Shown here: positions 12,990 to 27,258 of the stretch, piece after piece
Numbering within the stretch: the stretch's first letter is position 1
Layout of the letters: each line of letters opens with the position of its first letter
Assembly: GCF_001194135.2 (NCBI RefSeq)
Contig: NC_068981.1
Location: forward strand, 55,072,680 to 55,136,679
Reading direction: 5' to 3'
DNA from: Octopus bimaculoides
Taxonomy: Eukaryota
DNA: 64,000 bases
The notes under the pieces: generated by a model
What the model was told of the DNA's origin: nothing
Database searches by the model: none
Seen by the model: only the letters and a program-made list of their open reading frames with translations
Made by a program: the position numbers and the translations under genes

Positions 12990-13509
12990 CTGAAATCAAC
13001 CGAGAGTGAGTTCCAATTGTCGAATGTTATAAACGATTGTCTAAAATCTCTCGATTGTGAGCTGCAGTTGCAATTCGTCCTGGAGTAGCTGGCAGTCCAC
13101 GCTGCACAAGATCCTTGCCAGCTATGAACTGCATAGTATTTTTCAATGAAGTGGTTAAGTGCTTTTTTGTATATGACAGGAGTTAACTCTAGATATAGGG
13201 ATTATAACTTTTGTCGTGATTGGTACAGTATCTCTATTGCCATGCTGTATTTGTGGTTATGCCAAGATGCTGAGGACTAAATAGTGAAAAGACACAGAAA
13301 ATGATAGCACAATGACTCTTTATTTTGCTTGGAGAATACAGGCCTGAAAACACTTCCAATTGATATCTTTTCTGACACGTTTCGCGGTATTTTTCGCAGA
13401 CCTTAGCAGCTGTCTTTAGAACTTCAAATGGTGTTAGACCATGGATACTCTGCTAGGACTATCTGAGATTCAAATCTATTACTAAAGTTCGTAAGTTAAT
13501 AGAATCGTT

Positions 13510-13700
13510 AAAGCGTCGGGCAAAATACTTATCTGCATTTCTTCCAGCTCTTTACTTCCTAAGTTCAAATCCCACCCAAGTCAATTTTGCCTTTCATCGT
13601 TTCAGAGTCAACACAATAAAGCACCAGTCACATACTGGAGCCGGTGTAATCTTCTAAGCACCCCCCCCCACTCTTAAGATAGCAGGCCTTGTGCCAAAAT
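13510..13700 (+). mobile_element. SINE, diverged
   Basis: aagttcaaatcccacccaagtcaattttgcctttcatcgtttc...gcaccagtcacatactgg. Confidence 0.75.
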
Positions 13701-14439
13701 TTCAAAATTACTAAAGTTATTTTAAAAACTTTTTTTAAGCGGTTTCAAATTCTTTAATCTTTCATTGTTTCTTATTTAAATTTGTATATAATGATGTCAG
13801 ACTTCGTTTACTTCAATCACTCTATTAGTATCTGTAACAATTCTGGGAAGCTATTACATTTCACACAAAACTTACAGAAACTTTTTATTGGAACGCTAGC
13901 ATTATNNNNNNNNNNNNNNNNNNNNNNNNNNNNNNNNNNNNNNNNNNNNNNNNNNNNNNNNNNNNNNNNNNNNNNNNNNNNNNNNNNNNNNNNNNNNNNN
14001 NNNNNNNNNNNNNNNNNNNNNNNNNNNNNNNNNNNNNNNNNNNNNNNNNNNNNNNNNNNNNNNNNNNNNNNNNNNNNNNNNNNNNNNNNNNNNNNNNNNN
14101 NNNNNNNNNNNNNNNNNNNNNNNNNNNNNNNNNNNNNNNNNNNNNNNNNNNNNNNNNNNNNNNNNNNNNNNNNNNNNNNNGGAACTGTTAATTTTGGAAA
14201 TATTTAAGGCAGCGTGCTGGCAGAATCGTGAATCGTGAGTCGTGTTGGACAAAGTGATTTGCGGTATCTCTTCCAGACCTTTAATATTTCAAAAATTAAC
14301 AGGGTTTAATACCTAATAATAATAATAAAAAAAAAAAAAACATTGATCGTTTTTTTGGAGTATGAATAACTTTAAACATGAAACTATGAAAGAATAATAT
14401 TTTTTTTTTGTATAGCTTCTGAAGCTGTACAATTCTGTT

Positions 14440-14535
14440 GATATTGACTTTCCTTTTCATCTTTCGGGTGGGGTAAAGATCGATAAAGTACCAGTCAAAT
14501 ACTGGGGTTGATGTAGTCGACTCCCTCCCATTAAA
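14440..14535 (+). mobile_element. SINE central/3' fragment
   Basis: gactttccttttcatctttcggg...gataaagtaccagtcaaatactggggttgatgtagtcgac. Confidence 0.7.
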
Positions 14536-16029
14536 TTGCTTGCTTTCTGCCAAAATTAGAGATAATTTTTTTACAATATTTACAATATAACGGAGCATTC
14601 TAAAATTTTACAATCTAACTTACAAAGTAAAAACAAAAACTGAATATTTAAGAAATATAAACAAATCAAAATGTGAAACAAGGAAATAATGAATTATTTT
14701 CTGTCTTTCATGGTATTTCAAAGATGTGACTTACATATGAAAATTTTATGACGATGCTACTCTAAGTTTGTTTCCCCCCCCCCCACACACACACACATAT
14801 CTGTGCGCGCACACACACATATACACACGCGCACACAGGAGTGGCTGTGTGGTAAGTAGTTTGCACACATACACACACACATACACACACACACACACCA
14901 CATACATATACACATATTCATAAACGTTCACCCAAGTGTTTGTGCGTCTGTGATAGAGAAATATAAAGAAAAACTGAAAGAAAAAATAAAAACGGTTTGA
15001 TGTGACAAAATAACAACATTTCTGTGCCTCACAATTCTGTGCCTCACCAATTCCGCTACTCAACTACAACTCCCTTACAGTTAACAGCCTATCTACATCT
15101 CTTTTTTCTTTTACTTAAAGGAAACCTCGGGCTTGAATTTTTTGGTTTTTTGCTCATATAGTATTCCGGGTTGCATCCGAATTCCCTTTGAAATGTTTGG
15201 TAAAGTTTCGTTGAGAAATGGTGTCGTTTAAGACTAACAAACATCGAAACTTATAGATATAGAAGATCGGTATCTTTTTTTACTTGACAAAAATCTGTAT
15301 CTTCATCTTAGCAGAATGAAATTTAATAACTTCAACCGGAGATGCAAACCATTTCACTGTTATGGGATTTTAACTCTTCCTCTGCTTGGGTGTAATATTA
15401 ATTTTATTTCGGTGTTCATTTACGTACTTTTTAAGACAAAACACGAGGTCAAAATAACTTTTTTGTGCTAAATGATTAAAGTATTTATTTCATTATTAAA
15501 GTGTAGCAAAATATCTAAATATAACTGTAAGTTACAGCTTTGAAACGAGGATACTCTTGACTGCCTCTAAAAGTAACAATGTCTAAATATAACCGTTCGA
15601 GACAACATCTTAAAACCAGGATTCTCTTGTGAAGTGAATATCACGGCTAGAACATTCTCAGTAAATGTGTCAAATAACTGATGGTTATTACAGTTAGAAA
15701 AATAACAGATGTATACTCGACACCATTTGATTTTGCTGACTCAACATCCCGATTCAAAGTTGTACTATTTCAAATGAGCTGGAATTAACAGGAGGCAATT
15801 TATGATGATCGTCGTTGAACAAACAAATAGCATTGAAACCAACACATGTCATGTTTCGTCGGTGACCTGAGAGTTAATTCTCTTCTCATTTTCTCTTTAT
15901 AACAATTTACATTTTCTTTCGGCTTCATGGGTGGGGGTTAAGGGTATATATTATTGGGAATGCAGTAAAGGAAAGAGTTATTGGGATAAGGAAGAAAGAT
16001 CCGAAGCAAAGAGAAGGAAAGAACGATAG

Positions 16030-16033
16030 AACT

Positions 16034-16084
<51 letters not shown>

Positions 16085-16223
16085 AGAAAGAAGTGTGGTT
16101 TAGAAAGTTGCGGCTTCACACTACTGATAAGGAAAGAATAAAAATTGAGTTTGTCGAGAGAGTAAGAAAGATTCAGTCAGACAAATAAAGAAGGAAGAAA
16201 AAGATGAGAGCGCACGGGCGAGC

Positions 16224-16281
<58 letters not shown>

Positions 16282-16385
16282 TAAAGAAAGGGAGAGAGAG
16301 AGAACGATAAAGAAAGGGAGAGAGAGAACGATAAAGAAAGGGAGAGAGAGAGAAAGGCAAGGGATGAAGAAAATCAGAGAGAGAG
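16030..16385. repeat. (AAAG)n, (AG)n and three copies of a 26-28 bp unit (agagagaacgataaagaaaggg)
   Basis: direct inspection. Confidence 0.95.
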
Positions 16386-19060
16386 AAAAATATTTCAAAA
16401 TATATAAATATGTTTACTAACTTGAGTTTAAAAGACTGTAATGAGATGCAGCTAGAAGTCACTAAACGATGGTGAGGGTTGACCTTGTCTGCACGTATAA
16501 CATTACATAAGAGCAGACATATGAAAGGATGTCTGAATGTAAGGTGAACTTCAGCTCAGCATTACCTAACGTGGTTGTTTACATGGGGACGTTATATGAA
16601 ATATGCATCCTTCTGATTGGTTAGATTCAGCCGAATATTTGGAGTGCCCAACTTTTATTTGTAAAGACAGTAATGCTGCCATAACAAAAACAGAAAGAAT
16701 GACAATATTGATAATTGCTGTGTCAGCAAAGGCAACAACGGCAATAATAAATATAACGATAATAGTAAAAATAATAATAGAAACTCCTAGTTCAGTATCA
16801 GCAAAGCCTACTTGCTAATATCTGCAGCTATTACATTCCTTTGATCAGCGTAGTCATGTAGCCATCTCAGCTTTAGAGTGAAATGAAAAAGTAGAGGTAA
16901 CGTCTAACGAATAACTATAATAATTTGTGGTTTTGATGTAAAATATTTAACTCTATTTAGAGTGAGGCAGTAAAATTGCAAATTGTGGAATTTCTTCCAT
17001 TCTGTGGGTGTTAGTGGGGTTGTTAAATAGTTCAGCTTGTTTATATGAAAGTATATTGAGGAAATGAAAGCTTATTGAGGATACGAAACCTGGTTACCAA
17101 GTAATAGATTCTCGTCGATACGATGGTCGTCAGTGAGCAACGAAATGAACAGCATTTTGTATATCTTATGTTCTTTTGTTCAAATTATGAACTCGTATAT
17201 CTTATAGTGTGTAAAAACTTTCAGTTTGGTGTATGGCTAATTAGTTCAAAGAATCCATTTTGTTATCTAAACTTCCTTTATTTGCGTTGACGGCCTCTAT
17301 AGATCGTTGCAATTTATAGGGAGATATCCGTATTCAAAATCTCTAGGTAACTACTATAGGAAGAAATCGTAATATCACGATATCCATTTAAGCAATCAAC
17401 CCTTGAATGGGTATAGAAATAAATTAGTTTTCCGCTCTGAAGTTAAACTGGTGTCACCTTTCAAGAAGTGTTGTCCTGCAAATGTACTTATATCCGATCT
17501 AAGATGGCGAAATCAAGAAAAGACAAATGTAAATTTCTAAATCATAATTCTAAAAGCAATCTGTTTATTATTTTTTCTTCTTACTTTGTGAATGTTTGAT
17601 AACGACTACGTAAGAAAGAATTTTCAAAAAGAGAACTAAAAAAGAAACTAGGGAGAAAAAGAGAGAAAAGAAAAAGAAATAAAACTGCAGTTAACAATCC
17701 GCATGGAAGCCATTTATGTAATATTTACATCGGCTTGCCCATGCCGTCAAGTTTGATGTAACAGTTTCATCATCATTTGAATAAGGTGTTTCATAACAAA
17801 TAAATCACGCCACGAAGTAGACACAGATTTAAGATGTTTCATACAGGGCAGAGAAGGCCAGGCAATGCTCAATTAGAGACTTCACATTACTGGTGTGTAT
17901 ATATTATTGGAACATTCCTCCAGGTTCGCAGAACGTAAAGTCAATAACATCTGCTGTATTTTTTTCACACATATATATATACATACATGCACGCACACAC
18001 GCACACGCACACGCGCACACACACTTATACATACATACATACATACATATATGTATTATCAGTGTTTCATAAACATCTTAAAGAAGATATGTACATATAC
18101 GTAAGGCTGTACAAGTGTGAATACTCTTGAATATAAATACGTAGGGGCATCTACATGCGTATGTTCATGCGTGGGCACGCGTGTATGTGTGTGAGAGAGA
18201 CAAGGTGTGTGTGTTTGTGCATGTGTGCATGTGTGCGTGTGTGTGTGCTTGCGTGCGTGCGTGCGTGCGTGCGTATGCTTCTCGGGTATTTCAATGTATA
18301 TACATACTTATGTACAGATATGAGACATTAACACGTGAAAACATATGATAGTTTGCGTTTGTGGAATTTATTGCTTTTCATCGTCCTTAGTAAAAAAAAA
18401 CAAACAAAAAGCTGAACTGCACGTTCGTGAGTGCATGAGTGTGATGCGCGCGCGCGCGCGTGTGTAGATGGGGGTGGGTGCATTTCTGTGTGTGCTCGTG
18501 CCTGCGCCCGCTTGTATGCTCAAGAATGCTATATTTTTCACTTTCGCAATTTTGAAATAGCATATATTGCATTGGGTTAAGACGAAGTAAACGAAACGCA
18601 CAAATATACAATAAAATAGGACAATATTATAAATAAGTTAGATTCGGTTGAATTAGGTACTTAAGTTGAAGCACCAAGTCAGTCCGGTATTATCCGCACA
18701 GCCCGATGTAAGGTGAATAAAATTAAAATAAGCAACTGGATATCAAGTAGTGATGCAGTACGACCGTTTCAAGCGGCTCCATTTAATTGAACAATGCAAT
18801 CATTACTTCAATTTAAATGCAGTGCCATCTTCAGCTGCACAAATAAAGAATAAAGAATCGCATGGAGCATAGTGGGGTCATATAGAGTTGTAAAGGATTG
18901 TAATTCATTTCTAATTCATTTATATTTTTATATATATATTACGGAGATGTACTTGCATAGCAAGTGACATGATCTGAAATCGTGCGCTGAAACAAAAACA
19001 ATTGCAGCGTGGAAGGTGTTTATAAGCCATTTAAAAACACACTTCAACATTTAAATTTAA

Positions 19061-19111
19061 TTTGTCAAAATATTTTCGTCGCTTTGAGACCGCGACCTGT
19101 TCACTGACAAA
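19061..19111 (-). ncRNA. minimal type I hammerhead-like fold, G3:C8 core variant
   Basis: minus strand reads UUUGUCA GUGAACA G GUCGC GGUCUCAAA GCGAC GAAA AUAU U U UGACAAA: perfect 7-bp stem I, perfect 5-bp stem II, palindromic AAUAUU stem III. Confidence 0.6.
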
Positions 19112-19356
19112 ATTCCATGCTGTATCTGAGAAAGTAACAGTTAGGTCATGATATGTATGTATGTATGGATGGATGGATGGATGGATGGATGGGTGGACGG
19201 ATGGACGGATGGATGGATTATGTATGTACGTACGTATGTACGTACATATTTAAATTATATTTTTAATAATATAATTCATATTGTCTGGCTCTTTCTATCT
19301 CCATCGGCAAAAAATAATTAAACTCGCGCACACACACACACACTCACTTATATGTA

Positions 19357-20372
19357 AGAGGTGGTATCAAAAAGTTCCCGTTTTAGTTATGTTTAATAAA
19401 ACGGTAACCTTTGAGCTGCATTTTCATTTGGGGGAAGAGATTGAAGTCCCCTCTGCAGGGGCTAAATCTAGCGGGTGCGGAAGCGATACCAAGTTGTTTT
19501 TGGTGAGAAACGACTGAGAACTTGGTGAAGAATCCAATTCTTCGCGCTCCTCAGATCCGGTTACTTTCGCCGAATGTTCCCGTCAGATGCTTCAAAACGT
19601 CGCAGTAGAACTGTCGATTGACGGTCTAGCCCTGGCGGGCACAATACCGCGGATGTCGGAAAAACGATGAGCAGCAGCCCTGTCGTGCCTCCTTTGGTCG
19701 TGGAGATGAAGGGCTCTTTCATTGTGACGACTGATTCTTCGTCTCAGGGTCGTACCCATAGACCCAACTCTCATCACCAGTGAGGATCCTTGACATGAAA
19801 GATGGGTCATCAGCAGCACGCTGAGGTAGATCTTGACAGACTTCGATACGATGTTCTCTCTCTTCAGTGGTCAGCAGGCGGGGACAAACTTAGCAGAGAC
19901 ACGCCACATGTTCAATTCTGACGTTAGGACCCATACGTTAGACCAACAACATCAGCAATGTCGTTGATTTCCTCCGACGATCCTCATGCTCAAGCTGATG
20001 AATTTTCTCTACATTTCCGGGAGTGATGCTCGTGACAGGTCTTCTAGATAACTCATCGTCTTCTAGGGACGACCTTCAACTTTTGAAGTGCCCATATCAC
20101 TCGAAACATTGCGTACAAGCCATTGCCTCGTCACCGTAAGCTTACCGAAGCATACATGACTCTGTAGCAAACTTCTTAAGTTTAACGCAAAATTTCACGT
20201 TGGCTTTTTGTTCCAACTTCTTGTTCGTAACAAAATCGCAGACTATAGTACACATAAAATCACTAAAACACAAATTTCCAGCTTGCGAAGTAGACACAGC
20301 AATGTCACTCAGTACACTGCCATCTGTTGGCGCGCTACATAACTAGTCCGGGAACTTTTTGATACCACCTCG
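19357..20372 (-). mobile_element. mariner element, internally deleted and decayed
   Basis: TIRs (c/a)gaggtggtatcaaaaagttcccg at both ends with flanking TA (19355-19356, 20373-20374); transposase remnants RVSAKFVPRLLT and ILTGDESWVYGYDPE. Confidence 0.95.
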
Positions 20373-21199
20373 TATAATGACTAGCTGAATTGTAGTAGAA
20401 CATTTTGTGTTAATGAATCGTCAGAATTCTACTCTTCCCATAGTCAAACTCGGGAAATTTAATGTCTAGACTGGCATTCGTATTAGTAGAACCATTTTAA
20501 TTCACCTTGACTCTCACTGATTCTTCTTAATGGCTTTTTAAACGTTTGTTAGAATTCCTTAACATTGTTAGTACGCGCTCTCGTAATGAGGTTATTGCCG
20601 TCACGAGAGTGATTAACCTTACGATGCTGATAATTAACAGTTGCCTATCCATTATGCGCATGTCATTCATCCATAATCCCTTTGGTTCCTGGAGCCTCGC
20701 ATTGCTGAACAAATGGTATTGATGCTGCCATACTCATATCATTTACATGTATTAGGTAGCCCTTCTTTCTAGTGTTATCACACATTCCAAACGCCCAAAA
20801 TTATTGAGGGAAAAACGAAGCTATGTTGATGTTTTTACGCATTAAGAATCCATGCGACGGCGTTCAGCGAAAATTTTCACCAAACTGAGCATCAATGCGA
20901 AGTAATTTCCATAATACAACTCTGGAATATTGTTTTATTAAAGGTGAGCAATAATGAAAATATCGAATAGGTGGTGTTACCGTCGGTCTCGACGATGAGC
21001 ATTCAGTTGTTCAGCTAACTTGGATTCCTACTCATGAAATTGACGAGTAAGTGGCTGAGTATTCCGTAGACAAGCAATTCTGGGGACAAACCGACGTGAT
21101 ACAATGGGACAATATAATTGTAGATAGTGTGCAGGAAGAGAGAGAGAGAGAGAGAGGTTAGGGAAAGAAAGAAAGAAAGAAAGAAAGAAAGGAAGAAAG

Positions 21200-21330
21200 A
21201 GGTTTTGTTCCCGAAAGAACGATAAACAATGATGACTTCGACGGGATTTGAAATCAGAGCACCGATATCAGGAAGTAACAACACAAGACATTCTATCCAA
21301 CAGCCTCGTTATTTCTGCCAGTTGACCGCT
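21200..21330 (-). mobile_element. SINE fragment
   Basis: cccgaaagaacgataaac..gacttcgacgggatttgaaatcagagc...tttctgccagttgaccgc. Confidence 0.6.
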
Positions 21331-21364
21331 TATAATGGAAGTATTCAATAATGAAAGATTTCCG

Positions 21365-21500
21365 TTATCCATTCATTTTTGACGTGTCGTTCTTTATGTC
21401 CAGCGCTTCTTTGAATATAAATAAGTACGTATCCTGATGATTCGGTTCTTGTGTGATTGTCTTATAATGATGAATATATCTGAATTCAAATTTTAAAGTA
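21365..21500 (-). mobile_element. possible Penelope-like GIY-YIG endonuclease C-terminal remnant
   Basis: peptide TQEPNHQDTYLFIFKEALDIKNDTSKMN resembles the KEA(L/I)xI..N end of PLE endonucleases; short and diverged. Confidence 0.3.
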
Positions 21501-21601
21501 ATACAGGTAATATATGTATGTGTATATATATANNNNNNNNNNNNNNNNNNNNNNNNNNNNNNNNNNNNNNNNNNNNNNNNNNNNNNNNATATATATATAT
21601 A

Positions 21602-21683
<82 letters not shown>

Positions 21684-22647
21684 ACTCGCAATTATGAGCT
21701 AAAATATTGTCAAATGCATCATCATTATCAGTTCCACCTGATAGTGCTTGCACCTGATTTCATGTAATGGCGAAGTGAATGCTACAATTAATCTTGAATT
21801 TCTTACTACAATTCTTTCATAGGTATTTAACATCTTGGTGCTCTTCTCTCGGGATCACCGATATTTGTACTTAAAGAACGAAAGTATTCAATAATCAAAG
21901 TATATCAGCGGGAATCGCGTTATACGTCACCGTAGAATAACTAATATATTTCGTTGTTCTTAACAATAAGGGGCGAAATGATGGAGGAATGCATAGTCGA
22001 GGCTAGCACAACTTCGTTGGAAAATTTTATGAAGACAGAGAGTATTTCCGCAACCAAATATACGCCATTTTCAAAGAATACATTTAACAGAATAGAAACT
22101 ATGTCTCAAAACGTAGAGAAGAGAATAAAATTTTAGTTGGAAAAAAATGCAAGATTTCTTCGATTGCCCTCTGATAATGTACAGATATTGTTGATATTTC
22201 CCAACAGTAATTTTTGCATAGGATTTTTGTTAAAAAGAGAAATTTAATTTCATTAGCATCCCTCAAAATGTTCGCTAAAATGATGTCCCCTTCAAAAGTT
22301 AGTCTTAATTGTAACAGATAATGTGCTTCAAAATGATTGGGAAAATTAGAGGAAAAATATGGCTTTTGTGTTAATGTTTGTAAAAACGACGAAACTTTTC
22401 ATTCTTTCATATGTTATAGGATACATTCTATGTTCCAAAGGTGTTAGATATAAGGGTCATAGAATAACATTTGTTACTGTATTAAAATCATAGAATTCAT
22501 TCAGTCCAAGCTTAGATTTGCATTTCTTTTCGAGAGAGTATATCTCAATATGCTAATCTGATTTTTGTCATACAGATGTCCATTGCTTTAGTAAAAGCAA
22601 AACATACTTTTCGGTTTAAAAAAACCTTCTCCCGAAATCAAAGTTGC

Positions 22648-22700
<53 letters not shown>

Positions 22701-23768
22701 AACGTGATGAATTTTATGAAAAATTAAGTACGCTACACTGGTTAACTGACTGATCGTTTTTTAATGATACCAGAACGAAGTTTAATCATAATCTAGAACT
22801 TCAGGAAGGAATGGAAGTATTTCATAGTGTAATTTAAGTGCTTTTGCAGACATTTTAGAAATTTGTGAAAATTTCAGATAAACATTTTGCAAATATAAAT
22901 AAGAAACTGGACTTGGAGGTGACTGCCATATATAATGCCATTTAATCTATAAATAATTTCTAACTGATTACCTATAACTTCCAGAACTGATTTTCTGGTT
23001 CCACTGTTATTATAGGTTTGTATATTCTTATCTCGAACTTATTTATGAGCCAAGATGTGAAAGATACTGCTTTTCAAATGAAACTTCTTTGTAAATCATA
23101 TAACGCTCAGTATGAAATGGAAATTATTACTTTTCAAACACGAGACCCATATTAGCTGATTCAGAAAAATTAGTTGATTCAGAAACCTTTGTTCTAGACA
23201 TTAGTCGATTCAGAAAATTTTCCTTTCTAGAAAGAAACCTACATTTAGATGGAAAGAGGTTCTATCTATATTTGTGAGTCAGGATTTTTGACAATGAAGA
23301 TTTTAAAATCAAAAAGCAAACCATTACAGACATATGCCTTATCTCAGCTACAGCATGAAAGTAACACTAACAAAATTGGAAATAAACATTCAAAGTCTTG
23401 TCGAAAAACTTCTCATGAATTTCGTTAAATTATTTTGTCAACACATCGATCTCGTATTAAAGTAAGACGAGATCAATTTTTGTATACCCGTTTGTCACTA
23501 TCTGTAATTACAACTTTTTTATATCATATGATACATACATACATACATACATACATACAGACCGTATTGCAAAGGCAACTATCCCAAGAGACGGAGAACT
23601 CTGATAAGCCCGAAATATGTTATTCATCGATCTTGTGGCAAACATTTGCATCAACCTTCTGCTATCAACATTCCTACATAAGCTTCTGCCACTCAAATTA
23701 AATCATCTGCCTAATGGTTATAATATTGAATGACCCTCATACATCGAAGCTGACAGTATAATCTATCC

Positions 23769-23807
<39 letters not shown>

Positions 23808-23965
23808 GTCCGACGATGGCTTAGCTGAAAACTTTGAAGTCACTGTCAGCAAAATTCTTATATAAGAATAAAAACTTTGTACTCTATAAAAGTATAGAAT
23901 GACCAAGCAGATTAAAGCAAAATTGCTTTTATAAGAACCGAACATAAACACAAACATTAATATTA

Positions 23966-24019
<54 letters not shown>

Positions 24020-24183
24020 GCGTGTGTGGCATCTACAGTACTTTATCGCTAATAAATATGTGCTCTCCACAAAAAAATGACTCTAGAAAATATAGTGCTG
24101 GGCTAAGGAATATACATCCTATTTGCTAGTAAATTTTAAAAGATGCCAAATTAGATGATGGTTATTTTCGACACACACACACA

Positions 24184-24280
<97 letters not shown>

Positions 24281-25207
24281 TCTTTTTATACAGTTTCGTC
24301 TACCAAATTTCACTCATACTGTATTATTTAATTCAATGCTTTCGTAGATATCACTTGCCTAAGGAACCGGGATTCACATGGTTAAAAGGCGAATTTCTTT
24401 CCTTTAAGATCGTTTATTTATGGATTGTTTTCGTAATAATACGGTTTTGTTTCTTTATGTGGTTATGACTTAGTTACGCTTTTGTCTTACCGAGAATTAT
24501 ATAATATGGACTTGAAATGCATTCCGTTTATTTTGTCTACTCATTTGCCATTGGGAATTTAGAGAATATCTGAAGTAACACGCTCATATCACTTTACATT
24601 TATTTGTCTGCGGGGTTTTGTTTTCGTTGTACCATATAAAACAATGAGTATATCAGGGCATGAATATAATAGACTTTCTAGAGGTAACGAGAGCATATGA
24701 GAAAAATCAATTCGTGCTTTTGACATAAAAAAAAATGAACTTGCAACACAGTGGTAAGCTCACGACGAACTCCGTGGAGTAAAGTTGAGCGAGCCTCAGG
24801 GAATTTTAACGAATCTATGTTGCTACCTCCTTGTATTCACTAAACAAACAGAGGTTCTTCGTAAATGCTTTGTTTATCCCTGTACACTGATTTCCCCTCT
24901 ATTGTATATTCTTTTACTGATATCTGTGATTGGACTGTAGCAATGAAGATACGACCATCATAGATTTTAGTCTATTATCGATCCCTGAAATATTGCGCTT
25001 ATTTTTCTCATTTTATCGGGGACGAAATTCCACACGGTTTTCTCAATCAGAGCCATCGAAGGACTAAGCAAGATGCGTGCGTGCGTACGTGCGTGCGTAC
25101 GTGCGTGCGTACGTGCGTGCGTGCGTGCTTGCGTGCGTGTGTGTGCATGTATGTGTATGTGTGTGTATATAGACATACACACACATATACACACATGTAT
25201 GCGCAGA

Positions 25208-25254
<47 letters not shown>

Positions 25255-25949
25255 GCACACACACACACACACACACACACGGACGCGTACATATATATTT
25301 GCGTATTTCAGTGTTCACCATTAAACATAGTATATGAAAGTACAATCTGAAGCAACTAGTAATTTACCTGCAGCCTCTTCGCCAAACCGCCATTTAATTG
25401 TTTTGAAATTTCCATATTCAAACCAAAAATGGAAGTAATTAGACAGTTGCTATGGATGCGTTAAATATTAGGCCTTGTTATGCTATTATGGCAAAAACGA
25501 GCGTTTAATGCAAACATACAAATGTTGGAATTACTTCAGTCAGTAGCTTTGATTTAAGCTTGTCAAAGAAAAAAGCTTTCCACTGCATTCTACATACAAA
25601 TTAGTTCGTTTTCTCTAAAAGATCGCGTATATAATCCTTCCTACTGGGTATAGGTATATCCTTTAGCGAAACATCCAGTGTTATTTTATCCATCATCATT
25701 GTTCGCTACCTTATAGCACCTTCCTCCCGGAAATTGGAAATTGGTTGTTATTGGATAATAAAACGAATGGTTACACCTGGTAGCTTACTGGTTAACTACG
25801 GTCACTTTCACAGTGGTAAATGGTAAATGTAAGACGAAAGATGGAATGTACGAGAATTTATCATTAATCACGACAATTGTTTCAACACATCTAGCATCGA
25901 TCCCTCACAGGTGGGACACCCAACAACTGGTTCAGGAGCATCTGGTCAG

Positions 25950-26500
25950 GACAGATTGGCTCTTCCAGCGTCTACTCTAGCGTCAACAGATGTGTTGTCG
26001 CTGAATGAAAACTTGTTTGATAAAGGCTATAATATTTATATGGACAACTGATTCTCCAGTCCAGACCTCTTCCTGCAGCTGCAGGTGAGGAGGACTAATG
26101 CTGGTGAGACTGTGAGGATGCACAAGAAAAACATGCCGTCTGATCTTCACAAGATAAAACTTCGAAGTGGGGAAACAGCGTACCGATGCACCGATAGTGG
26201 CATTCTCGCTCTAGTGTGGCGTGACAAGAAAAACGTTTGCATGTTATCCATGATGCATTCTGCAAGCATGAAGAACACTAGGAAGCAAGATGCAGACAGT
26301 AATGCCATAATGGAACCAAATGTAGTTGTTTCATACAATGAAGGGATGGGCGGGGTCGATCGCTCAGCTCAGCTGGTGACAGCACACAAATCGGTGAGAA
26401 AATTTGTGAAATGGTACAAAAAAAATTTTCTATAGTTGACATATGTGTCGTGAACTCACATTTGATTTGGCAGATGCTTAGTGGTGTGAGGATAGATTGA
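25950..26500 (+). mobile_element. piggyBac transposase fragment (PGBD4-like), decayed
   Basis: LFDKGYNIYMDN*FSSPDLF, LVWRDKKNVCMLS, YNEGMGGVDRSAQL and RKFVKWYKK are typical piggyBac DDD-domain motifs; in-frame stop and frameshift present. Confidence 0.92.
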
Positions 26501-27056
26501 CATTCAGGAATCTATTGTCCCATGAAATGATAGGTAAATAAACAGTACTTGTACAAAAGCAGTTGACGTAAGTATACGCCGAACGTTATCTCGCACAGAG
26601 TGCTGACCTCAATCGGCGTGATTACCGCTGCCGAACGCAGGCAACCGAATGACTCACTGCTGGAAACAGGTTAAAGCGGTTGATGTAAATATACGCCGAA
26701 CCATTGTCGTACGCTAATTGCTGATCTCAGCTGAGATGATTACCGTCAATGCAACCTAGTTGCTTGATAGAAAAGAAACCGTTGTCATGGGGTTAAATTC
26801 CAGGGTCGTCCCTCTTACGAATCTTGACTAGAACTAATAACGTTTCTTTTCTCCTCACTACAAATGCAATATAATTTATTAAAATTTCAAGGGCTCCACT
26901 ACATTAAATATGTTAGTATCAACTTTGATAAATAGCATTCAGTAGTTTACGCCTAAAAACCTCATCTATCTCTGTTCCTTAAAACTGCTTGAAATAACAC
27001 AACCATCAATAGATATACAATTACTTAAATTCTATACAAGAGAATATTTCGAGATT

Positions 27057-27097
<41 letters not shown>

Positions 27098-27258
27098 CGT
27101 GCGCGCACGCGAGTGTGTGTATCAGTATGTATTGTTTATTACACACGCAGCGCATGCCGCACATGTGTGTGTATGTGCGTGTGTGGGTGCATGTGTGTTT
27201 GTGCGTATGTGCGTGAACTTGTATTTGTATGTGAGTGTATGTGTGTGTGTGTACCATA

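Noticed and set aside
16600-16630. CCAAT box (aaccaatcag on minus) with nearby atatgcat
   Set aside because: Single short motifs with no other promoter evidence.
23155-23220. Three spaced copies of gattcagaaa, superficially like a repeat-spacer array
   Set aside because: Short irregular tandem duplication in eukaryotic DNA; no CRISPR-like periodicity or cas genes.
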